Positions 38,358-49,232 are shown, counted from the first letter of the stretch. The stretch is 64,000 nt of DNA from an uncultured virus (IMG/VR IMGVR_UViG_3300002835_000131) (IMGVR_UViG_3300002835_000131:1-64000), one strand, 5' to 3'. Program-made: numbers and translations. Notes: generated from the sequence alone by a model not told the origin.

Positions 38358-38708
38358 ATGGATGCAATTCAACAAGTAGCTAAGGAAAAATTAGAAATTA
38401 TCAAAGACAAAATTGATACTTACAATACACCTACAGTAAAATATTTTTTAAAACTTTATGCTAATGGTAAAACAGTGGATGAATTAGATCCAATAACTGA
38501 TTTTGTTATTATTAATAAAATATTTAATACACCTAGATTAAAAGAACGCATTGATAATATATTAAATGAATTATTAACTGAAAAACTTTGCCCTAAAGGC
38601 GAAGCATATCGTCAACGTAGACTTGCATCTGGCGAAAAATCTTCAGCTTATTTATCAGGTCGAGCTGTTAAGGTATGTAAAGGATTAATGTCAGGCAAGA
38701 AAAAATAA
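38358..38708 (+). CDS. hypothetical protein with basic C-terminal module
   Basis: LLTE followed by KLCPKG..SAY..CKG. Confidence 0.65.
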   Translation: MDAIQQVAKEKLEIIKDKIDTYNTPTVKYFLKLYANGKTVDELDPITDFVIINKIFNTPRLKERIDNILNELLTEKLCPKGEAYRQRRLASGEKSSAYLSGRAVKVCKGLMSGKKK

Positions 38709-38980
38709 TGGACAATTTAAAACGTCTAGTACAAGAATCACTACGTGACTGGTTTAAAAAAGAAAAATGGGTCCGTATAGATACTCAAGGTAACATCGCA
38801 GGTGACTGTGGTACAATGCCTAAAGGTAAAGCAACACAACGTTGCTTACCATTAGCTAAAGCAAAACGCTTAACTAAAGCAGAACGTGCCGCAACAACAC
38901 GCAAAAAAGTTGAGGGTAGTAAAAAAGGTAAACAATTTGTATCCAATACAGAAAAAGCAAAAGTTAAGTTTAACAAATAA
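38708..38980 (+). CDS. small basic protein
   Basis: LRDWFKKEKWV..CG..CLP; N-terminal LKRLVQE. Confidence 0.7.
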   Translation: MDNLKRLVQESLRDWFKKEKWVRIDTQGNIAGDCGTMPKGKATQRCLPLAKAKRLTKAERAATTRKKVEGSKKGKQFVSNTEKAKVKFNK

Positions 38981-39011
38981 CACATATTTATAATATATAA
39001 CTATATAAAAC

Positions 39012-41135
39012 ATGAAACCAACATTAAATGAACAATTAGCTCGCATGCAAAAACTTGCGGGTATTATTAAAGAAAATCAAGGATCTAATACTAACATGTT
39101 AAATTTTTCATCATGGAAAAGAATCATGGGAGATGATAATATCTACCACATGGTACCTCCAAATAAAAATGCTGATGAAACACTAGACATCTGGGTATAC
39201 CCAGCAAAAAACAAAGTCATGATTGCATCAAATGATGACATTATGATCCAAACTATAGCAGACAAATATAATTCAGAAGTATACCAAGAAATGGCTCCAT
39301 CTATTTATCAAGTTAATTTAAAATTAACTGATTTAGCTACTTTATTCCCAGGTCAAGACTTTTTCTTAGATGATATGAATGAAGGTGAAGGTGCTTACAA
39401 AGATTCAAAAGTAAGTTTTGGTAAATTTAAAAATGTTGAATACTATAAAGTAGATAATGAACTTTATTTAGTTGTTACTAACAGTGATAATTTTAAAGAA
39501 ATAGAAAATTCTATGGATTTTGGTGATAGAGATTATTTAAAAGATAAAGAAAAATCATTTTTAAATAATACAGTAGATAAATTAGCAGATGAAATGAGTA
39601 ATTATTTAACTTCTATTGGAGTAAAAAATGAAGTAGGTGATAGTCCAATAGGATATGGTCAAGAAATTGATAATTTAATAGTTGTTATTGATCCAAACGA
39701 TTTATCTAAATTAAATAATACACAAATGAGCGAAGGTGATACTGATTATGATAGAGCTAAATCAGCTAAACGTTTAGGTAAAAAAGGTGAAGAAAATATA
39801 TATGGTGCTGGAGTTAAAAAAGGTGAAGAAATCGAAAAAGAAAAGATGACTAAATCTAAACTAAAATCAAAAATCAAAGAAATGATTTTAGCTGAATTAA
39901 ATGAAGATTCTACAGAAGATATTGATGAACCAGGTGCTTTAAATAACATGTATGATCCATTAGCTGAAGCAGAAGAAGTAGAATTAGAAGACAACAACTA
40001 TGATGCTGAGTTTTTATTTAAATATTTTAAAAATAAAGGTGATCTTTTTATAGATGAGATGCGTGAATATGATGCTGAAGAATTAATGAACTCTTATCCT
40101 GGTTTATCAGAAGAAGAAGCAGAAAAATTAGAAGATATGTTGCAAAATCCTTTAGATGAAGCTATATCTACTATTGGAGATAATTGGGACTTTACTAAGC
40201 CTAAAGATGTTGAAAGAAAAACTGTTACTGCTATAGAAACTGCTTTTAGGAATTTAGATATAGTTAAAAATCTTGTCATGTTTGGTCAATTCACAGATAG
40301 AGAGATGGAAGATAGAATAATAGAAATGAAATATTTCTTAGCAATGTTACATTCAAGTATTAAAGGAATTTCTGATGGTACTACCTTAAAAGAAGCAGAA
40401 TCAAACAAAGTAATGTTAAACGGAAAAGAAGTTGATGTTAATTCAATTGAAGTAGAAGGTGGATCTTATAATGATTATTCTGACGTTTATATTTCTGTTG
40501 CTAAATTTAAAGATGGCACAGATCTTAATAATGATGAACGTGAAGAATTAGAAAATTTAGTGGACATGGGTAAGTTAGCTAATGACAGTCTTAGTGAAGC
40601 TAAAAAAGATAAAGAAGTTGAAGACATAACAGTAGACGATACTGAAGTAGTTGATGCTCCTGAATCAGATATGATGGCTGGTAAAACAACTGAAGTATCA
40701 GGTATTCAATCTAACTTACAAGCAGCATATGCTGAAGCAAAAGCATTAGGTGATGAAAAATTAATTACTCAAATTGCTAATACAATTACTTATTTTACTA
40801 AAGCTCATATCTTAGATACAGCTCCAATTAATGAAGCTATAAATGATGATAGTGCTGATGCTATATATGATATTTTATCAAATATGGACAATGAAGACAT
40901 AATAAATGATATGTTTACAGCAATACAGAAAAATCCAGGAATGAAATTGGAAGACTTCTTAAATCAATATGATGCTGGAGATAATCCAGGTGATGATAAT
41001 GATGATAATTATGATGACAGCATGGATGTTTATGATGATAGTTATCCTGATATGGCTGAAGCTAAAAAAGCTAAAGGTAAATTAAATCAAATTAATGAAA
41101 ATATGTTTCCAATGTTAAAAAGAATTTTAAGATAA
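39012..41135 (+). CDS. acidic modular protein, probable head-internal polyprotein
   Basis: N-terminal LNEQLARMQKLAGIIKE; repeated [LIM]xE junctions. Confidence 0.7.
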   Translation: MKPTLNEQLARMQKLAGIIKENQGSNTNMLNFSSWKRIMGDDNIYHMVPPNKNADETLDIWVYPAKNKVMIASNDDIMIQTIADKYNSEVYQEMAPSIYQVNLKLTDLATLFPGQDFFLDDMNEGEGAYKDSKVSFGKFKNVEYYKVDNELYLVVTNSDNFKEIENSMDFGDRDYLKDKEKSFLNNTVDKLADEMSNYLTSIGVKNEVGDSPIGYGQEIDNLIVVIDPNDLSKLNNTQMSEGDTDYDRAKSAKRLGKKGEENIYGAGVKKGEEIEKEKMTKSKLKSKIKEMILAELNEDSTEDIDEPGALNNMYDPLAEAEEVELEDNNYDAEFLFKYFKNKGDLFIDEMREYDAEELMNSYPGLSEEEAEKLEDMLQNPLDEAISTIGDNWDFTKPKDVERKTVTAIETAFRNLDIVKNLVMFGQFTDREMEDRIIEMKYFLAMLHSSIKGISDGTTLKEAESNKVMLNGKEVDVNSIEVEGGSYNDYSDVYISVAKFKDGTDLNNDEREELENLVDMGKLANDSLSEAKKDKEVEDITVDDTEVVDAPESDMMAGKTTEVSGIQSNLQAAYAEAKALGDEKLITQIANTITYFTKAHILDTAPINEAINDDSADAIYDILSNMDNEDIINDMFTAIQKNPGMKLEDFLNQYDAGDNPGDDNDDNYDDSMDVYDDSYPDMAEAKKAKGKLNQINENMFPMLKRILR

Positions 41136-42535
41136 TGAAACAAAGTATCACTGAAAAAACATTAACTCCTAATGAATTAAAAAAACGTGAGGAAGTTATT
41201 AAGCAACTTAAAACCGCAAAATCATCATTAGTTAAACGCTATGGTAAAGATGCTGAAAAAGTGATGTATGGACGTGCTACTAATATAGCTAAAAAAACAG
41301 CAGAAAACATGAATAAAGATAAAGTACGTGAAATGATTAAAAAGACTCTTATGAGTCCTGTAGATGAAAAATTTTCAAAAGAGTTTGATACTGATCCTGC
41401 TTTAAAAGGTGGTCAAAAATCATTACCTGATGAATTGCAAAAATCAATCATTAAAAAAGCTACAAAAGAAGATATTGATTTAGGCCATCAAGATGATGAA
41501 CCAGATATGTTAAAAGCATCTGTTTATCGTATAGCTAAATATGCCGCTAGTTTATATAAAATGCTAGATAAATATGATCAAATGGATCAAGAAGTTGATT
41601 TCCCTGATTGGTGGCAAGAAAAAATCCATCTAGCTGCTGATTATATGGATAAAGCTAAACATTATTTAGAATTTGAAGATAAACAACCAGCTTTAGATGC
41701 TATGATTCAAGAAGAAAAAGCTCAAATGTTTGTTACTGGAGGTAGTATTAATCCTGAATTAAGAAAAAAAGTAGAACAATTTGTTAAAGGTGTAGCTAAA
41801 TACTATGATTATAGTATTGATGATGCTTACTCATCTATTATGACTATCCTTAAAGGTGGTTTAGTTAAAGAAGAAGTTAACGAAGAAGAAGCAGAAGCTA
41901 AAGATGCAGTAGATACAGTTACTATGGATGTACCTTTATTTATTCGTATGTTAGAATTTGCTCGTGAAGACGCTAAAGCGGATATGGATTTACATGATGT
42001 GGCTGAAAAAGCTATTGAAATCAATAAAAGTAAAGAAACATTGTCAATGCAGGATTACGAAGATATTATTCCAGCAATGGATGAACCAATGAATGAAGTT
42101 ACTCCTGCACAAGAAAAATATAGAGTTAAATCATCTAAACCAACACAATTTAAACAGGATATTGCTGCGGCTAAAAAAATGATTGATGCTGGAAAGTCTG
42201 AGAAAGAAGTAGTGTCAAAATATGGTCAAGAAGTTTTTAACGCTGTAAATGCACAGAACATGGATGAAGTTAAATCTTTAACAAACTCAACATTATCTGA
42301 AAAAATAATGGCTAAACTTAAAAAACCAATGGTTAAAGAAGAAGCAGCAGAAGGTGAAAAGTGGGTAGTATGGATTAATGTAGATAAAACCGGTAAAAAA
42401 TTAAGACATACTTTAAATTCAAAAGCTGAAGCTCAAAAAATAGGTCAACGAGTAAAAAATAATTATTATGATGATTATGATACTGAAGTAGGCATGATGA
42501 GTTTATCAGACTGGAATAAAGAAAATAAAAACTAA
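41135..42535 (+). CDS. modular probable head-internal protein
   Basis: Short modules separated by xxE junctions; VMYGRAT, PDWWQEKI, MDVPLFIRMLE. Confidence 0.7.
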   Translation: MKQSITEKTLTPNELKKREEVIKQLKTAKSSLVKRYGKDAEKVMYGRATNIAKKTAENMNKDKVREMIKKTLMSPVDEKFSKEFDTDPALKGGQKSLPDELQKSIIKKATKEDIDLGHQDDEPDMLKASVYRIAKYAASLYKMLDKYDQMDQEVDFPDWWQEKIHLAADYMDKAKHYLEFEDKQPALDAMIQEEKAQMFVTGGSINPELRKKVEQFVKGVAKYYDYSIDDAYSSIMTILKGGLVKEEVNEEEAEAKDAVDTVTMDVPLFIRMLEFAREDAKADMDLHDVAEKAIEINKSKETLSMQDYEDIIPAMDEPMNEVTPAQEKYRVKSSKPTQFKQDIAAAKKMIDAGKSEKEVVSKYGQEVFNAVNAQNMDEVKSLTNSTLSEKIMAKLKKPMVKEEAAEGEKWVVWINVDKTGKKLRHTLNSKAEAQKIGQRVKNNYYDDYDTEVGMMSLSDWNKENKN

Positions 42536-43023
42536 TGGTAAAAGAAGACTTTAAAAATAGAATACGTGCTATTGTAAAACAAGTTTACAAAGCCCAATCT
42601 AAAATAGATTTAGATGTTCCTAAAACAGATATTTCTTTAGATTTGGATAAGTTTCCTATTTTAGCTAAATTCCCTACATTACGTGATTCTATCATTCAAT
42701 TACTAACAACTCAATATAAAGATTTTGTTAGTGAAATACAATGGATAGCACCTAAACCAACAACATTTAAAATATTATTAGCTAACAATCAATTCTTTTA
42801 CTTACTATATGATGATGTTACATGGATTTGTAAATCAGAAGGTAAAAAATATTGGCTAAATGATATAAAAGACGAAGGGCGGGCAACAGAATCTATAGCT
42901 AGATTATTATCATATGGAGCTTCAAAAGATGCGAATTCATCATTTAAAGATTCAGGTGATGAAGCAGCTACAGAACCAGGTCCAGCTGAAGAATCAACTC
43001 CAGCTGCTGATTTAACAATTTAA
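42535..43023 (+). CDS. hypothetical protein
   Basis: Stop/start-coupled ORF. Confidence 0.7.
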   Translation: MVKEDFKNRIRAIVKQVYKAQSKIDLDVPKTDISLDLDKFPILAKFPTLRDSIIQLLTTQYKDFVSEIQWIAPKPTTFKILLANNQFFYLLYDDVTWICKSEGKKYWLNDIKDEGRATESIARLLSYGASKDANSSFKDSGDEAATEPGPAEESTPAADLTI

Positions 43024-43034
43024 TTACTAATATT

Positions 43035-43325
43035 ATGAAAAAATCAGAACTTAAAAAATTAATAAGAGAACAAATTTTAGAAGTCACTACTGAAGAACCA
43101 AAACTTCAAGGTCAAATCAAAACAGATTTATTTAAAAAATTAGGTGTTGAAGGTTTTGATCCTTCTAAATTTACTACTACTATTAATTTAGTAAAAAGTA
43201 ATAAACCTTTGAATGTAGCGGCTAATAAAATATTGGCTGATACTATGATTGCTATGATTAAAACAAATGACGACAATTTATTAACTCAAATATTTTCAAA
43301 TTTGAAGCAAATTGAAGTAAAATAA
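43035..43325 (+). CDS. hypothetical protein
   Basis: N-terminus MKKSELKKLIREQILE. Confidence 0.7.
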   Translation: MKKSELKKLIREQILEVTTEEPKLQGQIKTDLFKKLGVEGFDPSKFTTTINLVKSNKPLNVAANKILADTMIAMIKTNDDNLLTQIFSNLKQIEVK

Positions 43326-44350
43326 TGGATCCATTAGATAAGTTTTTAAAACAATATTCTTATAAATTTCCTAAAGGATATCCTGACATGAAAAATGAAC
43401 AGGATATTTTATTAATGGAATCATTACTAAATAATTTAGGTATTAGTTTAAAAGAAGATAAAATAACAACACCCCAAGTTATAAGAACTATTTTATCATC
43501 AGATGAAGCTAAAGGAAAATTAGGTCCTCATAGTAGACCTAAACGTATAAAAAATATAGGGAATATTACTAATAATGAATTTATAGATATTATATCTAAT
43601 ATATTTGATATAGATCCTAAAGATATTAAAATTCTTCCTCCAACAAAATTAGGTAATCCTAATAACCAAAATCCTAGTAGCAGAAATTTTGCATTCCAAT
43701 TTCCTATTGAAGGAAAAGATATAATTTTAGTATTAGGTATGGAAGCTATTGGTGCTGATATTGAAGATTATCAATTAAGTAATTTAAATAAAGCTATTGA
43801 AGAAAAAGGTGGAAGTATTAATATAAAAGTAGGAGAAAAAGTATACAAAAATATTACTACAGTAGAAAAAATACCAGGTAATAAACAAGCTGATTTTATA
43901 TTTAAGGGTGATGAAAATCTATATATCCAACATAAAGATATTCAATCTCAACAATTATCAGGAATGAGTAAATTAAGTAATAATGATGAGGTTAAAAGCT
44001 TTATAGATGCTGTTAAGCAAACATCAGGTGGAGAACTAAAAAATAAAGACAGTTATAAAAGAGATATTAAATCTGATGATTTAAAATTAAAAGCATCTTA
44101 CGGTTTAGGTGAAGATTTTGGAATTGATAAAGTAGAATTAATATGCTTTGGAAATATAACATTAATTGATAAAGGTGAGTATTTTGAAATAACTAGTCCT
44201 GCTTATTTTATATATCCACAACAATTAACTGGAGAATATATACCACATATGGCTGTCACTTTTAGAAATAATATGAGTCAACAAGACATTAAAAACGCAA
44301 GATTTGGATTTTATCCTAAAAAGCAATTTTCAACTGCTAAAGCAATTTAA
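43325..44350 (+). CDS. possible restriction-endonuclease-like (PD-(D/E)xK) protein
   Basis: E...KQADF..YIQHK pattern; leader segment ending LKE. Confidence 0.45.
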   Translation: MDPLDKFLKQYSYKFPKGYPDMKNEQDILLMESLLNNLGISLKEDKITTPQVIRTILSSDEAKGKLGPHSRPKRIKNIGNITNNEFIDIISNIFDIDPKDIKILPPTKLGNPNNQNPSSRNFAFQFPIEGKDIILVLGMEAIGADIEDYQLSNLNKAIEEKGGSINIKVGEKVYKNITTVEKIPGNKQADFIFKGDENLYIQHKDIQSQQLSGMSKLSNNDEVKSFIDAVKQTSGGELKNKDSYKRDIKSDDLKLKASYGLGEDFGIDKVELICFGNITLIDKGEYFEITSPAYFIYPQQLTGEYIPHMAVTFRNNMSQQDIKNARFGFYPKKQFSTAKAI

Positions 44351-44361
44351 TATTTATAATC

Positions 44362-45009
44362 ATGAATAAATTAAAACAACTTATCTCAGAAACTTTGCAA
44401 AATTACAAAGTAACCGATTCATGCAAACACTGCGATACACCGCCTTTACTCGTAGAGTCTAAGCAGTACAATATGGCGATATCTGAGGCGATGCGTTACC
44501 ATATAGACAGTAAAATACAGCTTACCGAGAATATATATCGCCCAGGCAGTTTCGCTCATCAAAAATTATTGACTGAAGCGAGAATGTTATGGTCTAAAGG
44601 TATTATTGAATTACAAGGTACAGATAAAAAAATATTTGAACGTACTGATATTGGCAGGTGGGCAAAATATGAAGGCGAATTTGTTCCTTTAGATTTACCA
44701 TTAATGGAAATAATAACTGAAGCTAAATACCAAGGTAAAGAAGTAGCATTAGGTAAACCAAAACGTGGTGGATCTAAAAAATTCTATGTTTATGTTAAAG
44801 ACGGTGATAAAGTTAAAAAAATATCATTTGGTATGGCTGGTGGAGCTTTAAGAGCAAAACTAAACAATCCTAAAGCACGTAAAGCATTTTCAGATAGAAT
44901 GAATTGTCCACAAGCTAAAGATAAAACAACAGCACGTTACTGGTCATGTAGATTACCTCGTTACGCAAACTTATTAGGATTTAAAACTACTTTTACCGGT
45001 TTTTGGTAA
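44362..45009 (+). CDS. hypothetical protein with basic C-terminal module
   Basis: ITE-AKYQG..KKFYVYVK..RKAF..C..ARYWSC. Confidence 0.7.
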   Translation: MNKLKQLISETLQNYKVTDSCKHCDTPPLLVESKQYNMAISEAMRYHIDSKIQLTENIYRPGSFAHQKLLTEARMLWSKGIIELQGTDKKIFERTDIGRWAKYEGEFVPLDLPLMEIITEAKYQGKEVALGKPKRGGSKKFYVYVKDGDKVKKISFGMAGGALRAKLNNPKARKAFSDRMNCPQAKDKTTARYWSCRLPRYANLLGFKTTFTGFW

Positions 45010-45020
45010 TACTTACAATT

Positions 45021-45464
45021 ATGAAACTATCAGAAATTAAAAAAGCAATTAAAGAAGAATATGCTTCATCAAAAAAGGTATTAGCCATTGGTGGTGTTAT
45101 TGTTATCAACCCTAAAGTTGCTAAAATGAAATACATTTTATCTGATGTTAGAGCTGTATTAGGTGTAACTATTGTTAATAACAGAGAATATCAGTCAGGT
45201 AATCCATCATCACAATATGAATATGCTTATTTAGATATTAAAATTGATCCATCACCATTCCCTAAAGGATTAAATGACAATACTAATATTGTAACTAAAG
45301 TAGAAAAAGATATTAAATCAATTCGTGGTGTTGTTACATTTAAATTGAAAGAAAAAGCACATGATGCTAAAACTTGGACTATATCAGAAACTCCAGATCC
45401 TCAATCTGGCAAATCAGCTCCATATGGTTCAGGATATGCTCCATTTAAAAAAATAAAAAAATGA
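45021..45464 (+). CDS. hypothetical protein
   Basis: Start moved to ATG at 45021 (MKLSEIKKAIKEE). Confidence 0.7.
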   Translation: MKLSEIKKAIKEEYASSKKVLAIGGVIVINPKVAKMKYILSDVRAVLGVTIVNNREYQSGNPSSQYEYAYLDIKIDPSPFPKGLNDNTNIVTKVEKDIKSIRGVVTFKLKEKAHDAKTWTISETPDPQSGKSAPYGSGYAPFKKIKK

Positions 45465-45778
45465 TTAATCTTATTCAATTATTAACTGAAGCTAAAGAAA
45501 GTTTTGAAACATTTGCTAAAAATCGTTTAGCAGGTGCTGAAAAAATTATAGCTAATGCTAAAGAAAAAGGCGGCGATGCTTTATTAACATATACTCACTT
45601 TAATGTGAAACCATCTTATTATAAAAAAGCTATAAAAGGTAAATTTGATAAAGAAGCAGCTAAAAAAGAATTCGATGAAACCTATAAAAAAATATCATTA
45701 GATATGACTCAAAATGAATTCCAACGTGAAGTTGGTCGTTTAGAAGTATTAGGCGAATTGTTAATTAGAGAAAAATAA
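45461..45778 (+). CDS. hypothetical protein
   Basis: N-terminus MINLIQLLTE. Confidence 0.7.
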   Translation: MINLIQLLTEAKESFETFAKNRLAGAEKIIANAKEKGGDALLTYTHFNVKPSYYKKAIKGKFDKEAAKKEFDETYKKISLDMTQNEFQREVGRLEVLGELLIREK

Positions 45779-45779
45779 T

Positions 45780-46403
45780 ATGTTAAACGCGGATATTCCA
45801 AGTTTTAAAGCTTTAGTTCGTAAATCATATTTCACTAAAAATAAAAAAGATTCAGAAGTATTTTTAAATGTTTATGTTTTTGGACTACAATCATGTTCCG
45901 GAAAAATATTAACATTTCATGTTATGACTGATGATGGTATGGTTAGAAATAGGGTTCCAATATCTGAAATCTATACTAAAATTCCAGAAAACGACATTCC
46001 ATTTAATTTTAAACAATTATGGGATTGTTTTTCAGTTAATGTATCAGTTGTAGAATATGATTTTTTATCATATCATAGAGCTCAAATTGTTTTAAGAGAC
46101 GGAAGTAAAGTTTGGGGAACTTATATGTTTACTGTAGATTGGTATGATAATCCATATAGTGATGAACCATCAGATTATAAATGTGGACATATATTTAAAG
46201 CAGATGATGGATATTTAATGTGTCAACCAAATAATAGATTATTTTGGAAAGATTCAAATTGGGTAACTAAAAAATTACCTGAAGATTTAAAACAATTTAA
46301 AGTAGACACTGAATTACCATCAGTAGAAAACCAATCTGATAGATGGGTAACTGAAGATGGAGATTCATTTTATTACGATATGATTGATACTAAAAGAAAA
46401 TGA
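45780..46403 (+). CDS. hypothetical phage protein
   Basis: QLWDCFS, YMFTVDW, QPNNR. Confidence 0.75.
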   Translation: MLNADIPSFKALVRKSYFTKNKKDSEVFLNVYVFGLQSCSGKILTFHVMTDDGMVRNRVPISEIYTKIPENDIPFNFKQLWDCFSVNVSVVEYDFLSYHRAQIVLRDGSKVWGTYMFTVDWYDNPYSDEPSDYKCGHIFKADDGYLMCQPNNRLFWKDSNWVTKKLPEDLKQFKVDTELPSVENQSDRWVTEDGDSFYYDMIDTKRK

Positions 46404-46930
46404 TCAAACTCATTGATTTATTAACAGAAAGTTACTCATTCACAGGTCCTAAAAAAACAAGTGATGGTGTACGTTATAATTTTATAAATAAAAAAGGAAA
46501 CAATATTTTTGTTTCTATAAATAATTCATATGAAGATTACTGGATATCTTTAGTGAATTCTAAAGCTAAACCTGAAGATATAACTAATGATGATTTAATA
46601 TTAGATGTTAGTTTTGGTTTAAATAAAGGAAATCCATGGGCTCAAACTGAATCAGGAGACGGTATAGCAGTATTAAATACTGTTGTTGATATTCTAAAAA
46701 AATTTATTGAAATTGACTTTAAAGGCTATGGTGAATTTACATTAGAATGCCATCCTGCTAATGAGGCAGATGAAGAAACAAGTAGAAATAGTAAACGAGA
46801 TAGAATATATCAAAGTTTAGCTGAAAAAATGATGAAACAATTACCATATGTGACTAAAGTTGAATCTTTAGGTGGCAGTTGGGGAGATGATGAATATAAA
46901 TTATATATACTAATAAATAAAAATATATAA
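46400..46930 (+). CDS. hypothetical protein
   Basis: N-terminus MIKLIDLLTE; KRDRIY. Confidence 0.7.
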   Translation: MIKLIDLLTESYSFTGPKKTSDGVRYNFINKKGNNIFVSINNSYEDYWISLVNSKAKPEDITNDDLILDVSFGLNKGNPWAQTESGDGIAVLNTVVDILKKFIEIDFKGYGEFTLECHPANEADEETSRNSKRDRIYQSLAEKMMKQLPYVTKVESLGGSWGDDEYKLYILINKNI

Positions 46931-46934
46931 TTAA

Positions 46935-47195
46935 ATGAGACCATACACTGATATAGAAGTTACAGATGAATATATTATTCGTGAATTTAACGAAAATATA
47001 GATCCAATTGAACTAATGTGGCATCGTGATGATGAAGACAGAACAGTTGAAGTAATGGGTAAAACAGATTGGCAATTACAACTTGAAAATCAATTGCCGA
47101 CTTCTATAAACCAACCAATATTTATACCAAGACATGAATGGCACCGCGCTATAAAAGGTACAGGTACATTAAGATTAAAAATATATAAGTCGTGA
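46935..47195 (+). CDS. small cupin-like protein
   Basis: WHRD.EDR, IFIP..WHR.IKG. Confidence 0.6.
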   Translation: MRPYTDIEVTDEYIIREFNENIDPIELMWHRDDEDRTVEVMGKTDWQLQLENQLPTSINQPIFIPRHEWHRAIKGTGTLRLKIYKS

Positions 47196-48304
47196 AACAA
47201 TCAGAATTAAAACAATTAATTAAAGAAGTAAAAAAGGAAATTTCATTTTCTTTAATACCTAAGACTATAAAAATAGTTCAAGAAGAATTTATTAAATCTA
47301 TACCAAATAATGATTATTTTACTAGTGGTGAAAAACAAGCATTATCTTTATATCTTGAATCACATTCTAGTTTTCATAGAAAAAATATAGTATTATTTGA
47401 ATCTCAAGTAAACGAAGGTATAGCAGATTGGTTTAGATCAGGATGGGAAAAAGTTAAATCTACTTTTGGTGGAATTAAAAATTATGTTGTAAAAGTTTGG
47501 GCTCAAATTAAAAAAGCTTTTACTGATCTTATTTCAAAAGGAAAAACAGCAATTAAAGGATTAATAGAAAAAAATAAAAATAAAATAACAGAAGCCTTTA
47601 AAAAAGCACTAAATGGCCCAGATAGAGATGATTTAATAGCTGAAATAAATCACATACTTAAAATAGATAGTTTTTTTAAGGGTAAAATAGAAGACCCAAG
47701 TACTATGATTGATGCTATTGGCGACAAAGTAGTTGAACCAGTTATTACAAAAGCAGAAGAAGCAGGAAAAAATATTCAAGAAAATATATTTAATAAACAA
47801 ACTACTGAACATTTAAATAATCCTAATGTTTTATTAGAAGCAGAAGAAAATAGTAAATGGAAAACATGGTTAGGAAACATAATAAAAGTAGCATTAAATC
47901 CAGTAATGGGTATTGTAAGTATAACTGGTTCTTGGGCAAGTTCTAAAATATTAACACTAATATCTAAATTTATTGAAAAAATAGGAGGCCCTAAAGCTAT
48001 GGAATTTCATGTTATTCCAGAACTTATATCAGCTGTTATGGAAATTTCAGGAGTTTTTAACTCTTCTTGGAGTTGGGTAGAAGAAAAAATAAAAGAATAT
48101 TCTGCTTATATTCCTTACGCAGATGATCTTATAAAGATATGGGAATTTGGTCATTATATATTATTAGCATATGCTATAATTGAATTAATTAAAGAAAGTT
48201 GGGAGTCTATAAGTTCTATTGTAAAAAATATAAAATCACCATCAGCAATAAATGAATCTTTATCTTTAGAATTCATTAGAATGCAAAAACTAGCAGGAAT
48301 ATAA
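47192..48304 (+). CDS. helical protein tagged at both ends, with hydrophobic segments
   Basis: N-terminal MKQSELKQLIKE, C-terminal FIRMQKLAGI. Confidence 0.7.
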   Translation: MKQSELKQLIKEVKKEISFSLIPKTIKIVQEEFIKSIPNNDYFTSGEKQALSLYLESHSSFHRKNIVLFESQVNEGIADWFRSGWEKVKSTFGGIKNYVVKVWAQIKKAFTDLISKGKTAIKGLIEKNKNKITEAFKKALNGPDRDDLIAEINHILKIDSFFKGKIEDPSTMIDAIGDKVVEPVITKAEEAGKNIQENIFNKQTTEHLNNPNVLLEAEENSKWKTWLGNIIKVALNPVMGIVSITGSWASSKILTLISKFIEKIGGPKAMEFHVIPELISAVMEISGVFNSSWSWVEEKIKEYSAYIPYADDLIKIWEFGHYILLAYAIIELIKESWESISSIVKNIKSPSAINESLSLEFIRMQKLAGI

Positions 48305-48328
48305 TTTAAAATTAAAAATATATAAAAA

Positions 48329-48568
48329 ATGAAAGAGCCATTAAATGAGCAATTTATAAAAATGCAAAAAATTGCGGGAATTAAAATAAATGAGGAAATG
48401 TCCGGAAATGATAGTCCTATAAACATAGGACAAAAAAATGTTATTAAGCAGTATTTAAACAAATTGCGTGAATTTGAAAGAGATAACACAGCTGATGATG
48501 CTGATCTTAAAAATTTAGAAACTGCTGTTAACATGTATCATAAAGAATTACTTAATAAAATTAAATAA
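48329..48568 (+). CDS. small probable head-internal protein
   Basis: LNEQFIKMQKIAGIKINE. Confidence 0.7.
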   Translation: MKEPLNEQFIKMQKIAGIKINEEMSGNDSPINIGQKNVIKQYLNKLREFERDNTADDADLKNLETAVNMYHKELLNKIK

Positions 48569-48570
48569 TA

Positions 48571-49176
48571 ATGAAGCAACCATTAAACGAGCAATTTATC
48601 CGTATGCAAAAACTTGCTGGGATTATTACTGAAAGTAAATATAGAGAAGATATTCAAGAAACTACTTTATCACCAGAAGAGCAAAAAATAGCTGATGATA
48701 TAATTAATACATTAAATGAAGGAGTATTTGATGATGTATTAGAAAAAATTAAATCATATGCTAAAAAAGGCTTAATGACTGCTGCTATATTATCATCATT
48801 GTTAGCATCTCCAGGTTTTTCTCAAGACCAAAAACAATCAATCCAGCAAGTTGTAAAAACTGAAATGCCGGTTTCATATGCAAAACGAAACACAGCTGAT
48901 ATAAATAAAATGTCAAATACACAAGCATATGATGCTATGGTAAAAGCAATAAAAAGTACAACACCTGATATAGCTATATCTTATTTAAATAAAATCAATA
49001 CAACAAGTAAAGAAGAAGAAGTAGACAAAAATATGTTAATTACTTTTATCAATTCAGTACACCAAGGAAAACCTATGGGTGATAAAGAATATATGGGGAA
49101 AAGAATTAAACAAGCTTATAAATTTTCTCAAGATTTTTTATATGCTGTTAATAATAATATGTCATTCTTTAAATAA
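48571..49176 (+). CDS. probable head-internal protein
   Basis: LNEQFIRMQKLAGIITE. Confidence 0.7.
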   Translation: MKQPLNEQFIRMQKLAGIITESKYREDIQETTLSPEEQKIADDIINTLNEGVFDDVLEKIKSYAKKGLMTAAILSSLLASPGFSQDQKQSIQQVVKTEMPVSYAKRNTADINKMSNTQAYDAMVKAIKSTTPDIAISYLNKINTTSKEEEVDKNMLITFINSVHQGKPMGDKEYMGKRIKQAYKFSQDFLYAVNNNMSFFK

Positions 49177-49232
49177 TAAATAACATACAGACAGATTCAT
49201 AGCCTGTCGATTTTATAAAACATTATGGAGCT

